This document shows positions 30,901-41,014 of a stretch of 64,000 nt of DNA, piece by piece. Made by a program: the position numbers and the translations under genes. This DNA comes from Candidatus Poseidoniales archaeon (GTDB taxonomy: Archaea > Thermoplasmatota > Poseidoniia > Poseidoniales > Poseidoniaceae). Positions within the stretch are counted from its first letter, which is position 1. Every line of letters begins with the position of its first letter. Under the pieces are notes generated by a model, which searched no databases, had not been told where the DNA came from, and saw only the letters and a program-made list of their open reading frames with translations. The DNA is taken from positions 19,283 through 83,282 of the forward strand of contig QQRW01000040.1 of the NCBI GenBank assembly GCA_003602605.1, written 5' to 3'.

Positions 30901-33900
30901 CATGATAATGATCAGTATCGCCTCTCAAAATTGGTGGCAAGTTGATGGGTCTGGCGGCATTGCACAATGGGACACAATTAACAACTCGTGGGGCGACAAT
31001 ATTCTCCCAATTGGGCAAGTAGACCGTGTGACAGCATACCAGTCCTCGACCGGCAACATGTGGGTTGCCTGGGGTGAAAACTCTCTGCAATACATGGCAG
31101 CAGACGGAACTATGCTCGGTGAATGGGATGACGATGACTTCAATTTCCCAATTCGAGAAATCCTTGAATACGACGGGGAAGTTTTGTTCGCTACGGAAGA
31201 TGGTGTTGCCCGGTACAACGAAACAAGCAATCAATGGCTTTCGTTGTGGGAGGAAGGAAACGGGCTCCCGAATAATGCTGGAACCCAAATTTATGAACTT
31301 TGGACTGACGGAACAAATCTTGTTGTTGGTGGCGGAGATGTCAGTGGATTTGGGCAGTTCCAAGGCGGTTCAGTCTCCCATTGGGACGGAAATGTATGGA
31401 CTCAATATTCGCTAGGAAGCAGTGGAACGCCGGGTGGATATCCACTCTCCATGGCTGAATGCGGTGGGTTACTCCACATTGGAATCTACGCCAACAACGG
31501 CGGAGTTGCTCGCTTAGATATGGCAAATGACACCTTCGCAGGTTCGTTCACACGTACGGTCTTAGGAGAAGGTGAGGTTTCAGGAGTCGCATGCGACGCC
31601 ACTGACACGCTCTATGTTGCATTCTACGAAGACGATGCGGACATCATGAAGTACGGATATTCGTCCGGAACTTGGCTGACGCCTATTACTACGGCAACAA
31701 ACAATCTCCCGAGCGATCGAGTTTGGTGGGATGCCATCGACTACGCCAATGGACAACTTGTTTTGGGGCACGGTCTCGGAACCAGCGGGGATAATATCAT
31801 CGGTGGCGGTTACACCACCATTGCTACATCTGGAAATTCAAATGCTCAAGCCAGCGTAAACGGAGCTGGTTCTTCGGTTACATCCTTCCAACGGGTCAGC
31901 AACCAGTGGCTCCTCGGTCAAGCGGGTAGTTCCTCAGGATTCAGTAAAGTGCTTACCATTAGTCCACTTGGCCAAAATACCATTGCTTCACTTCCAGGAT
32001 TAGCCAGTGGGCAAGTCACAACAATGACTGGCAACAGCACTCATTTGTGGGTGGCCACTGCTGGAACAATCGCAACATCCACTGGCTTTGGGCAGCCCAG
32101 CGGTGCTGGACTCCTCCAAGGTGAACGTCAATCGGACGGTTCGATTCTCTGGCAAGATGGATGGATTATGGCGGCAAACAGTAAAGCGCAAGATGTTGAA
32201 CTGATTGGTACAGACTTGTACATTACCACAACTCCAACTGGCCTGTACAAACTGGATACCCTGACTGGAGTAGTTACAAGGCTGAACGGTGGGTTACACA
32301 ATAACCTCGATGGAATGGTTCGAGTTGGAACAACTCTAGTCCTTGGATTGATGGGAAGTGGAGGTTCCGCACCCGGCGTCCAAACCTATGATATTCAAAC
32401 GGGATACGGTAATGGGAAACTCATCGGTGGCCTTCCTTCGAATGCAATAAATAATTTCGTTGCGACTTCAGATGTTCTTTACATCGCCACAAACGGCGGC
32501 ATTGGAAGATGGAATTATGCTGCCTCAGATTGGATGAACCCCCTCACCGCCGCAGATGGTCTTCCTACGAACATCGTTGAAGATGTCTTGGTCGAGGGGG
32601 ACTATCTATGGATGGCAACACCTGCAGGCCTTGCAAGAAGAAACATCTCCTCGAGCAACACAATCGTTTACTCTTCGGCTTCTGGACTCATGGGGACTTC
32701 GACGATGTCACTGACCTCCGCCGTGAACACCATTACCAACAGCGATGGGACCGTGTTCAGTGAAACCACCCTGTTCATCGGACACGACGGGGCCGGTAAT
32801 GAACGGCCAGCTGTAACGACCATTGGATTGACGACTGGCGACATCATAGGTCACGAATTTGACCAACTCCCTTCGAATAATGTCGACGCTTTAACGAGCG
32901 ACTATTGGGGCATACATATAGCGACCGATATAGGTCCCATGGTCCATTGGAACAGCAGTTCCAACTTCTTCGAAAGCGGAATCCCATCGTATCAAATCCT
33001 TGGCTGGCCCGTAGAAAAGATGGTGAGTGATGGTGAACATGTCTTGATCTTTGGCGGGAACGGCGTGTCCATAATTGAAGCCAGGACAGACACCCATCAG
33101 AACATCAAGATGATTTCCATGCCGCAACTCACTGGCGGCACTCTCTCCGCCGATTACATATGGCTGTCAACCGACGGAAACGGATTGTTTGGATACCAAA
33201 ACAATGCTCAGTACTCTGAGGTTGATCGGATTTCAGTTCGATACGCTAACCCTCTGAGTGTAGGATTCAATCTCGCTGCTCAAGACATTACGGACATGAC
33301 CAACCCCGGCATGAACATCACTTTGGCTGACCTCGATTCCACAGTTTCCTTGGATTCAACCCAAGGCGTTGTTGGAACGAATGGAATACTGTTCCAAACC
33401 GTTCCACTGGCGTTCACTTCCCCGGTGAAAAACGCTGCCACTTGGGCTCACTCAAAAAGCCTCAAGTACAACGCAACAATTGAACTCAATAACAATCCAG
33501 ACTTTGAAACAAGCCTCCAGCTAGCAGTCGAAAATGGAGTCATCATTAACGGAACCCAGTTTTTGCAACTGTCGTTGTACTCTCCTTCAAACGGCTCAAT
33601 GCAGGTCAGACTCATCTACGACTATGTTCGTACCGAGACTCCGATCACAATAACCGACCTGATTGACCGACCGGACGACGGTGGTAGTGCATTACTCGCA
33701 AATTGGACGCTCGTTCATGACGAGAATTTTGCGCGTTACCTTGTATATGTCAACGACGGACCATTCGAGACCACGTCTGGACTCTCACTAACAGCAGATG
33801 ACTTGGCGGGACGAACGGTGGATAAAGCCGTCTCTCTCCACAGCAGACTCTCGAGCGAAGTAACAACGGCTAACGGCCAACCGCTTGTAGATGGTGAAGA

Positions 33901-36256
33901 ATACTATGCTGTTGTTGTTGTCGAATACGATGATGGACACCTAGGCACACCTTCTCCTGTAATGGGGCCGGCTTCTCCAAGCAACGAAATTCCACTCTCC
34001 CCGGCATGGGCAAACGCCGGACCTCATGAAGGTGGAGCAGATGGAGACCTGGAAGTTGAATGGGCTCGTTGTACCGCTCTTGACCTCGCAAGCACAATCA
34101 TCTACACCTCCACGAATCCGATGACGGACCTGCTCGGATTACCTGTCGAAGCAGAGATTGCGAAAGAAGAGGGGAACACAACCGTTCTCACACTTGACGC
34201 CGGACAGCCATATTGGCTTGGTTTAACCTGCGCTGATGAATCAGGACAAGAAGATCTGATCAATCCGCTCATCATTGGACCTGTAGTCCCAACAGGTGGC
34301 CTTAACGATAACACAGCTCCTCCGAAAATGACGAATGTCGAAGCGATTGATACGCCGGACGACGACGGTGGCCGAATCTCAGTTACTTGGGATGAAAACC
34401 CTGCTGAAGATTGCACATTCTATGCAGTCTTCATCCGAATATCAACGGGTAACTTCGATGGCGATACTGAGTTATCCGCTTCTGTCGAAGGTGACGAATT
34501 TAGCCAAGCGAAAATCATTGATGATTGTACTGAAACTTCGACCACTGTAACAAGTATTGACGGTGTAGCGCTTCAAGATGGTCAAGCGTATTATGTGGGT
34601 GTCGTCGCCTATGACGACTGGCTTAACGCAAACCTTGCAGATGTCGACCTGGTCAAGGTTACACCGTTGCGTAACACTGCAGGAAGCGGATCCATACCCG
34701 ACAGAGTCGGAACTGTGAACGCATTTGATCATCCAGATGATGACGGAACGGCAATTGACGTCATATGGTCGATTTCCGATGCCGATGACTTCTCACATTA
34801 CATCGTCTGGGCGGCAGACAAACCTCTTACCGACCTTTCGATAGCATGGGCTGCCTTTGGTGATGATGAAACAAAGTGCGCCTGTTTGAAGATTAACAAA
34901 CAATGGATTGACGAAGACTACAACCCGATTGAACTCTCGATCTCGACTGCATTGTATGGCGGCAATTCCATCGTTGACGCCACCCCTCAAATTATCAAAC
35001 CTGATGTGGAACTGTATGTTGTTGTGACCGTACATGACCTTGCTGGAAATGTTCATCTCACCGAACTTCCGCAAGCTACGGTCGTTCCAATCAATAACCT
35101 GCAAGATGTAACTGCACCCGCAGCACTTGAGACGCTGGAACTTTACGACCGTCCGAACGATGGCGGTGGAGCACTGCTTCTTGACTTCGAACTGAGCAAT
35201 GAGAGCGATGTGGCCAACTACGAAGTCTACGCTGCTACATGGTCATTTGACGCCGTTGGAATTGGAAGCACAGGCCCTGCAACGCCAATTGCCATCCTCT
35301 CCAGACTACCTGAATTGCCACTCACCATCGAAGTGGTCGCCGGCGATACTCCCGTGATCGCAGGCCAAGAAATTTGGGCTGTTGTTGTTGTAAGAGACAC
35401 TGCTGGAAACGCTCAGGAAATCAACCTCGTAAGTGCATCAGCCCAATCGGTCGATGATGGTGTAGATGACCTCGGAGGGTATTTGGAAGAAATCGAAGAC
35501 ATTTCACTCACATGGAACGATGAAAACAATATTCTGGTTGAATGGACACATTCAGCTGAATCATCCGTTCGCGGTTACCGCATTTACATCTCAAATGTGG
35601 ACTTCCAAACCATCGGAGACGGTGATTTTGTTGCTGAAGTCAAAGCTTCAAACTCGTTCCTTATCACGACAGGAAATTACCAACCTCTGAAGAACAGTTC
35701 TGCTTGGTATGTTGCAGTAACGCCTTTTGATGACCTGTTTGAACGAGAAGAAGTGAAGACTGTCATGCTCGATGTTTACGGCAAAGATTCCCAAGGCAAT
35801 GACGGACAAGATTCCACCGACGAGAACGACTTCTCATCACTCCTTACCACGCCCAACCTATTGGCTGCAGGATTGTTAGTCGTCGCTCTTCTCCTGCTTG
35901 TAGCAATTGTCCGCTCTCGAAGTGGACAAAAGAACCGTAATCGAAGCCTCGAGTTACAAGAAGCAACTTGGGGCATCCAAAACGATGATTGGGACACATT
36001 TGGATCCCCAGTTGCAGCACCTCCAATGCCGATTGCCCCAGCTCCGAGTGTAACTCAAGGACAAGCAAACGATATCTATGCTGCAGCCCAGAGAATTGAA
36101 AACCAAGATCTCTATGGACGACCGGTATACCAAGCACCACAACCGGTCATGCGCACTGCACAGAACAACGCACTACTGAATGACCTCGCTGAACCGAATG
36201 CGCCGAAACTGCCTCAAGCAAGCATTGATACCTCATTCTTGGATGATTTACTTTGA
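27917..36256 (+). CDS. Giant cell-surface protein (2779 aa): beta-propeller repeats, FN3-like repeats, C-terminal TM
   Basis: Signal peptide; many G-I/V-A-R-Y/W-D...W-L repeats; DxPDDxG-initiated modules; TM LLAAGLLVVALLLLVAIV; Pro/Gln-rich tail. Confidence 0.82.
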   Translation: MRSTVSAKYPQRDARRAVLLVILMLLSSAAPILSFTGVSAHESSTDTVWPQEGSNDTGWVQLDATGATPGSPTQASASWTLEFAPGAELSNVSFQVRVNGSDGLMIEEPMLVASDIGVNLLDWRGLGMLGSQDSFTGPNPYSGRMNPNSDSGATWILPSDAEITDLVIEALAPVDPIVALSPLELNIAATAFHPLDGRMYMAIDNTLMTLDYSNDPITIDIIETNSNIFDIVIDTTNNLLHLLTEDGFSAYSLEDTSEQNGLTAPAFWPESSSEPTYDVFHLASNGFVYAAYDGGIAQWDGSNWSFPVTKLTSGRALDIVEANGVLYVSFDDEGVARWDLSSGSALSTWSTANSLHSDEIVEMMISGNQILFASPDSGLARYDWNSGFWLSTWTDGNWLTSNSINGIARSGSDLFILSGDTLHIYDTTSGVFTSSQVISNFGLTGDGSDLIVWPANGARSPASERLLLGNGFGSFAELSPSPTLTQTGTLLIGSGPTSSGMQDATELGGVVFVAADEWMNRFDTQASRWLQPVYLGTTVNQLMNDGSHVFIASESGLHKMHSNGSLLQTWNATNTDLDQDEVLRVDSDGTHAVAITGEGEMLVVELNGANPPSVEQYDSAAVDLTLFSNTVHLATDNSGILRYELTNESWLTPWISTGVNGADDVPVAVNGDILYFGIPGYGVARKDLATDELMSPLTTPSNSPGQSNQNGVLPSNIIYSLESDGNDLYIGTANGAIVWDGSTSSTFKTGGQWNTRPQRYYDFTATGGNVYAGTNIGVCKWPASQIATANPDCLNVYDGMPNWATYSVESDSYGYIYGGTTSGVGIISASPYDVIGEWEAGEQTQNAPVVVIGDVAFIALDGIGIARYDMPNNAWLTLWTDDNYLDDGNEDATSLSVDIDPNLIWIGGSDGFQLLNATTGAEVYDIEKSSSLFAGNGDPLDMILKGDTMYYHDGTSSDNLYRFNAQNFTALSPLDVGAQVGQNNGDINGMNLVGDMIMISIASQNWWQVDGSGGIAQWDTINNSWGDNILPIGQVDRVTAYQSSTGNMWVAWGENSLQYMAADGTMLGEWDDDDFNFPIREILEYDGEVLFATEDGVARYNETSNQWLSLWEEGNGLPNNAGTQIYELWTDGTNLVVGGGDVSGFGQFQGGSVSHWDGNVWTQYSLGSSGTPGGYPLSMAECGGLLHIGIYANNGGVARLDMANDTFAGSFTRTVLGEGEVSGVACDATDTLYVAFYEDDADIMKYGYSSGTWLTPITTATNNLPSDRVWWDAIDYANGQLVLGHGLGTSGDNIIGGGYTTIATSGNSNAQASVNGAGSSVTSFQRVSNQWLLGQAGSSSGFSKVLTISPLGQNTIASLPGLASGQVTTMTGNSTHLWVATAGTIATSTGFGQPSGAGLLQGERQSDGSILWQDGWIMAANSKAQDVELIGTDLYITTTPTGLYKLDTLTGVVTRLNGGLHNNLDGMVRVGTTLVLGLMGSGGSAPGVQTYDIQTGYGNGKLIGGLPSNAINNFVATSDVLYIATNGGIGRWNYAASDWMNPLTAADGLPTNIVEDVLVEGDYLWMATPAGLARRNISSSNTIVYSSASGLMGTSTMSLTSAVNTITNSDGTVFSETTLFIGHDGAGNERPAVTTIGLTTGDIIGHEFDQLPSNNVDALTSDYWGIHIATDIGPMVHWNSSSNFFESGIPSYQILGWPVEKMVSDGEHVLIFGGNGVSIIEARTDTHQNIKMISMPQLTGGTLSADYIWLSTDGNGLFGYQNNAQYSEVDRISVRYANPLSVGFNLAAQDITDMTNPGMNITLADLDSTVSLDSTQGVVGTNGILFQTVPLAFTSPVKNAATWAHSKSLKYNATIELNNNPDFETSLQLAVENGVIINGTQFLQLSLYSPSNGSMQVRLIYDYVRTETPITITDLIDRPDDGGSALLANWTLVHDENFARYLVYVNDGPFETTSGLSLTADDLAGRTVDKAVSLHSRLSSEVTTANGQPLVDGEEYYAVVVVEYDDGHLGTPSPVMGPASPSNEIPLSPAWANAGPHEGGADGDLEVEWARCTALDLASTIIYTSTNPMTDLLGLPVEAEIAKEEGNTTVLTLDAGQPYWLGLTCADESGQEDLINPLIIGPVVPTGGLNDNTAPPKMTNVEAIDTPDDDGGRISVTWDENPAEDCTFYAVFIRISTGNFDGDTELSASVEGDEFSQAKIIDDCTETSTTVTSIDGVALQDGQAYYVGVVAYDDWLNANLADVDLVKVTPLRNTAGSGSIPDRVGTVNAFDHPDDDGTAIDVIWSISDADDFSHYIVWAADKPLTDLSIAWAAFGDDETKCACLKINKQWIDEDYNPIELSISTALYGGNSIVDATPQIIKPDVELYVVVTVHDLAGNVHLTELPQATVVPINNLQDVTAPAALETLELYDRPNDGGGALLLDFELSNESDVANYEVYAATWSFDAVGIGSTGPATPIAILSRLPELPLTIEVVAGDTPVIAGQEIWAVVVVRDTAGNAQEINLVSASAQSVDDGVDDLGGYLEEIEDISLTWNDENNILVEWTHSAESSVRGYRIYISNVDFQTIGDGDFVAEVKASNSFLITTGNYQPLKNSSAWYVAVTPFDDLFEREEVKTVMLDVYGKDSQGNDGQDSTDENDFSSLLTTPNLLAAGLLVVALLLLVAIVRSRSGQKNRNRSLELQEATWGIQNDDWDTFGSPVAAPPMPIAPAPSVTQGQANDIYAAAQRIENQDLYGRPVYQAPQPVMRTAQNNALLNDLAEPNAPKLPQASIDTSFLDDLL

Positions 36257-36259
36257 GGC

Positions 36260-37054
36260 GTGCCAATGAGTCTGGAACGATTGAATGGCCCACGCAGCGA
36301 GGTTTTTACAACCGCATTGTGGGATGGAGCGTTTGCAATTGCAGACTGGCCTCTTCATTTGAAGCGACTTTCCGAACATGCAAAATTACTGCGTATCCAA
36401 CTGCCAGAAAACCTATCAGAACGGATGGAAGCTCTTCTAAAGCAGGAGATTGCATCGAAACTGACGACTGCAAACCGAAATCCAGGACTGTTGCTGAAAT
36501 TAAAATGCTCCAAAAGTGGCGACATAAGTGTCGATTCTCGCACCATTGATTTCCGCAACGAAGACGTCGATGCCATTACCATCGAAGCGCCACGCTGGTC
36601 AGCAAAGGTGAACGGCACGAAGCATGGGGATTGGCAAGCGTATGTTGATGCTCGAAGCAGTGCTGAAAAAAAAGGCGTAGATGTCGCTCTTTTGGTACAC
36701 GATTATGCCATCGTCGATGCTGATCGTGCATTACCGGTCGTTCTCGATGAAGACGGCGTTGCATGGGTAGCGGCCCACAATGAAGGCGGTGTCAAAAGCA
36801 TCACGTTTGAGATATTGTCGAATAAATTGCAAGACGCAGGCATACCCATTCAATATGGAAGACTCAATGAAAGGCTCGTGGCCCGTGCTGCCGAAATCAT
36901 AACTTTGGGAAGCGGAACTGGAGCTTGCAGAATACTTTCTCTTGATGATGAGCCAGTGGGCTCTGGAGACATGCTCTCATCACTTTGCCAAACCCTTCTG
37001 CAACAGCACTATCAAAACAACGAGACATGGACTGATGTGAGGTTATTCAAATGA
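36260..37054 (+). CDS. pabC: Fold-type IV PLP enzyme, probable aminodeoxychorismate lyase
   Basis: VFTT, LHLKRL, GTKHGDW (catalytic Lys), GGVKSIT; overlaps the start of pabBA by 4 bp. Confidence 0.7.
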   Translation: MPMSLERLNGPRSEVFTTALWDGAFAIADWPLHLKRLSEHAKLLRIQLPENLSERMEALLKQEIASKLTTANRNPGLLLKLKCSKSGDISVDSRTIDFRNEDVDAITIEAPRWSAKVNGTKHGDWQAYVDARSSAEKKGVDVALLVHDYAIVDADRALPVVLDEDGVAWVAAHNEGGVKSITFEILSNKLQDAGIPIQYGRLNERLVARAAEIITLGSGTGACRILSLDDEPVGSGDMLSSLCQTLLQQHYQNNETWTDVRLFK

Positions 37055-39282
37055 GTCTTGAAATCTTAGCACTGCAAAGTCATTTGCTAGAGGTTGGGTT
37101 GTTGGGCACAAAAGCGGTCCACTACGGTGGAGCAGATGAAGTGCTGTTGTGCTCATCAGGGCCACACTCGCATCTTGCAGAATATTCGATTTTATGCGGA
37201 CCATCGCGTCGACGCGTCTTGGTTCGTCAACCGGAAAATATGGGTGCAGTCCAACCGCATAGCCCACTGCGTGGCGAAATATTCCTGCACCAAGAAAAGA
37301 AGACATTCACTGCACAAGTCGAAGAATGGAAGCATGGATGTTGGTATCATTCGACATCCATCTTTGCATCCGGTTTGGATGAATTAATGGAGAAATTACG
37401 AGACTTAACTCCGAATGAGCCTTTCGCCCAATCTCCCCAATCAAAACTCCCTCAAGGGCCGTTTTGGAGCGGCTCATTCGCATACGATATGGTTCAGTGG
37501 ACGCAACCACTGCGTTTACAGCATCAAGCCGAAGGTGGTGAACTTCTAGCCATCTTGTGGCTGGTTGAACGGATGGTTGTGCAAAATCGAGACGACGAGA
37601 CGATGAAGGTTTATGCTCTTGAAAACGATACTTGGGCTGATGAAATTAATTTGAATCTCGAAAACTACCCGATATTGAGAACACTGGGGCCGCCACATCT
37701 GTCTCAAGATACGAGTTCGTTAACCGACGAAAACCATGAACGCATTATCGATAACATCCGTGAAAGTATTCGGGACGGGCAGATGTATCAAGTCAATGTT
37801 GGACGATGGTGGGACGGGAAGTTAAACGAACATCCAAGACATATATTCCAAAGGCTCAGTGACAAAAATCCTGCCCCGTTTTCGGCTTTTATACTCGCTC
37901 CGGACCTCGGTTTTTCACTTGTGTGTTCTTCGCCCGAATCGCTGATTCGATGCGATGGCTCAAAGGTATTCACTGCCCCGATTAAAGGAACTCGACCACG
38001 TGGTGAAGATGAAGAAAGTGAACAACTGCTCCGAGATGAAATGGTTCGCGACGAAAAAGAGCGTGCTGAACACCGTATGCTGGTTGACTTAATGAGAAAT
38101 GATATCGCTACAGTGTCCAAAGTTGGAAGCATACAAGTCGAACGTTTTGATGTTGAAGCATACACACATGTACAGCACCTCGTGACCCACCTTTCAGGAG
38201 AATTAGAAGATGGAAAGAACGGCCTTGATGCAGTTCAGAGTGTATTTCCTGGTGGGAGCATTACTGGTTGCCCACGCACAGTCGTATGTGCTGCTATCGA
38301 CGAGATCGAGCAACGTTCTCGCTCATTTTGGACCGGCTCTATTGGTTGGATAGATGTGCATTCTGGAGCATGTTCACTGAACATTGCCATTCGTACTTTA
38401 ATTGCTAAAAAGCAACGCAAACAGTGGCTCGGAAGCATTGCGGCAGGTGGAGGTATTACCATCGGCTCTGACCCAAAAACAGAAGTTGAGGAAGCAAAAT
38501 GGAAAGCTGCAGCACTTCGTGAAGCATGCGGATGGATAAAACGTGAACAATCTTCGTTACCTGTAGGAAAACTAGCAACACACCCATTGCGTATCGAATC
38601 ACCACCTAAAACGATACGTGCGGGGAAAGTGGAAGTTATTGATGGGAAAGCGGACTGTTCCAATGGGATTCTTCTCATCGATAATCTCGACTCGTTCACA
38701 TTGAACATTGCACACGCAGTGTCAGGGCTAGGCCGAAATGTTGGTGTCCTCAAATCGAGAGACAGCCAAATAAATTCGGATTGGAGTACTGAAGATGTTA
38801 AACAACTCATTGAACGCATGAATCCTACACACATTATCCTTGGACCGGGCCCTGGCAAACCCACCGACTCACCACTAACCATGGCCATTGCGTCGGCAGC
38901 TCTCTCCGGGGACATATCCGTCCCCTTACTCGGTATTTGCTTGGGCCATCAAGCCATAGGAATGGCTGCAGGCATGGAAGTTCTACGCTCCGAAAACGGG
39001 CCTGTTCACGGCTCACCTCGCCAATGTGTACATGACGGAGTAGGAGTGTTTTCAGGCATTGAATCCCCAACACCTTTCACGCGCTATAATTCTCTGTGTG
39101 TAGTGCAATCTCGCCCAAATCCACTTGTTGAAACAGCAGTAGAAGCTGGCAGTCAGATGATTATGGGATTGCATCATCGGACATTACCAATTCACAGTGT
39201 CCAATTCCACCCTGAATCTGTTGGCTCCCGTCACGGTTTACAATTGCTGCAAAATTTCCTCTCGATTGAAGCGGATGCTTGA
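37051..39282 (+). CDS. pabB: Aminodeoxychorismate synthase, fused synthase + glutamine amidotransferase (PabB-PabA)
   Basis: YQVN, NPAPFSAF, SSPE, PIKGTRPRG, KERAEHRMLVDL, FPGGSITG; GATase IDNLDSFT, GPGPG, GICLGHQ, QFHPES. Confidence 0.88.
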   Translation: MSLEILALQSHLLEVGLLGTKAVHYGGADEVLLCSSGPHSHLAEYSILCGPSRRRVLVRQPENMGAVQPHSPLRGEIFLHQEKKTFTAQVEEWKHGCWYHSTSIFASGLDELMEKLRDLTPNEPFAQSPQSKLPQGPFWSGSFAYDMVQWTQPLRLQHQAEGGELLAILWLVERMVVQNRDDETMKVYALENDTWADEINLNLENYPILRTLGPPHLSQDTSSLTDENHERIIDNIRESIRDGQMYQVNVGRWWDGKLNEHPRHIFQRLSDKNPAPFSAFILAPDLGFSLVCSSPESLIRCDGSKVFTAPIKGTRPRGEDEESEQLLRDEMVRDEKERAEHRMLVDLMRNDIATVSKVGSIQVERFDVEAYTHVQHLVTHLSGELEDGKNGLDAVQSVFPGGSITGCPRTVVCAAIDEIEQRSRSFWTGSIGWIDVHSGACSLNIAIRTLIAKKQRKQWLGSIAAGGGITIGSDPKTEVEEAKWKAAALREACGWIKREQSSLPVGKLATHPLRIESPPKTIRAGKVEVIDGKADCSNGILLIDNLDSFTLNIAHAVSGLGRNVGVLKSRDSQINSDWSTEDVKQLIERMNPTHIILGPGPGKPTDSPLTMAIASAALSGDISVPLLGICLGHQAIGMAAGMEVLRSENGPVHGSPRQCVHDGVGVFSGIESPTPFTRYNSLCVVQSRPNPLVETAVEAGSQMIMGLHHRTLPIHSVQFHPESVGSRHGLQLLQNFLSIEADA

Positions 39283-39319
39283 AGAATCGGGAGCGATTGG
39301 AGAGTTATGAGGGAGTATC

Positions 39320-39706
39320 ATGCCGACCTGCCGACATTGTTCAAGCACCTATTCTCGAGAGCAGTTCATCCATGGAAATGGACCGAACGCACAGGTTTGT
39401 GTCCGATGCGGCCTTGAAAAAGGGCTGATTACGAAAGATCAAGCCTCAAACATGTACGACGACTCTCTGCGCAGTTCTCGGCTCCAAGTAATGGCAAGGA
39501 GATACAGTGTTTTCATGTACATCCCACTCCTATGGACGCTATGGATCATGGTTCTCAGCGATGTCAGTCCGTGGGGATGGTATTTCCTTGGATTGCTGAT
39601 CGTATTGACTCTCCTCGCACCGGTTTGGTTTATCTACCGCGGTGGCCAATATTCGGGGGATATGGCTCGACTCACTCCAGCGTATGAACGCCCTAAGGGC
39701 CACTGA
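39320..39706 (+). CDS. Zn-ribbon plus 2-TM hypothetical protein
   Basis: CRHC...CVRC followed by two hydrophobic helices. Confidence 0.65.
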   Translation: MPTCRHCSSTYSREQFIHGNGPNAQVCVRCGLEKGLITKDQASNMYDDSLRSSRLQVMARRYSVFMYIPLLWTLWIMVLSDVSPWGWYFLGLLIVLTLLAPVWFIYRGGQYSGDMARLTPAYERPKGH

Positions 39707-40990
39707 TTACAATTTAGCGTGAATCTTGAGGACGTCTCCGTCGCTCATCTCATGTTCTGAACCAACGACTCGACGGGTTCTTCCATCAACGCCACGAATG
39801 AACCCGTCACCAAGATCGCTGTGAACCTTGTATGCGAGTTGTTTGGCTTGAATGCCAGAAGGGACCACAAAGGCATCGGGCAAAACTTTTCCATCACCAT
39901 CAGTCCAATGCGATTCGTCTTGAACAGGATAGACGACAATATGGTTGAGTTCATCGAACAGGACGGCGTCAATAAGCGGTGCTACGCCTGTGCCATTGTT
40001 ACTCGAGAGGCGTTCAAGCATATGGTCCAAAGCCCTTGTTTGTGCCTCAGAGAGTGATTGCGGATTCGTATATTCAAACGTTGATTCACCAGGCACATAA
40101 CCAATCAAATCAGCTGAACTTGCACGGCGCAGCGCAAGTTCTACATCTGCCATACATGAGACCAAACAACCGTCGGATTCAATTCCCTGCAACACCCCTT
40201 TGGGGGCAATATCAAACTTGTTTGCAGCGATATGAATCGGGAACAATATCCGTCGTACCTCAACGGAAAGAGCGGTAATAATCGAAGCATCCCAATCCCA
40301 AGGGCTGCCAAGAGAAGTATGCTCTTTTTTGAAAGATTCAAAAGCGAGTGAAATCGATTGTGGCGTCGCTCCAAGACCGGTGAGTCGCTCATGGATATAA
40401 CTCACCAAGCCTTTCTCACCTTCTGCTTGCACGCGTCGAACTCCTCTGGTCCAACCGTCGTTAAGAAGGCCTGAAATCCAAGCATCAAGTTCGACTCCAA
40501 GGAACTCGATTTCATCACGAATTCGTTGTTGAGCCACCTCTTTGGTCTGATTGGCACCTTGTGGATTGCCTTCAAGGTCCGTCGTTCCTGCAGCGTCAAC
40601 AACTTGAATCAAAGCATCGCAATTTGCTAGGTCTGCTAAGAATGCATTTCCACGACCTTTACCTTCGCTCGCACCAGGGACGAGGCCTGCGATATCGACT
40701 AAAAAACAAGGAACCAGTCGGCGATGTCCAACACAGGATCCCGTTCGCGGTTCACACAGACTTCCTTGACGCGGGTCTTCATCACTGGTTGCCTCGAGAC
40801 GGCCTTCGGACTCCAATCGCTCTCGGATATCCTTGCAAGGGCACGGCAAACGAGCTGCGACGAATGCTACGCCGACGTTCGGTTCAATGGTACAAAACGG
40901 GTAATTCGCAATATCCACTTTAGCGAGTGTTGCAGCGCTGAAGAAGGTTGACTTTCCGACGTTCGGTTTACCAACCAATCCGATTTTCAC
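39707..40990 (-). CDS. ychF: Archaeal YchF/Obg-family translation-associated NTPase with TGS domain
   Basis: GKPNVGKST, YPFCTIEPN, DIAGLVPGA, ANKFD, AYKVHSDLGDGFI; GTG start. Confidence 0.92.
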   Translation of the reverse strand: MKIGLVGKPNVGKSTFFSAATLAKVDIANYPFCTIEPNVGVAFVAARLPCPCKDIRERLESEGRLEATSDEDPRQGSLCEPRTGSCVGHRRLVPCFLVDIAGLVPGASEGKGRGNAFLADLANCDALIQVVDAAGTTDLEGNPQGANQTKEVAQQRIRDEIEFLGVELDAWISGLLNDGWTRGVRRVQAEGEKGLVSYIHERLTGLGATPQSISLAFESFKKEHTSLGSPWDWDASIITALSVEVRRILFPIHIAANKFDIAPKGVLQGIESDGCLVSCMADVELALRRASSADLIGYVPGESTFEYTNPQSLSEAQTRALDHMLERLSSNNGTGVAPLIDAVLFDELNHIVVYPVQDESHWTDGDGKVLPDAFVVPSGIQAKQLAYKVHSDLGDGFIRGVDGRTRRVVGSEHEMSDGDVLKIHAKL

Positions 40991-41014
40991 AGTGATTCCG
41001 CCTTGTGGAGGTGA

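Noticed and set aside
37051..39282. Anthranilate synthase TrpEG
   Set aside because: PIKGT motif, an adjacent PabC-like gene and no other trp genes favour ADC synthase
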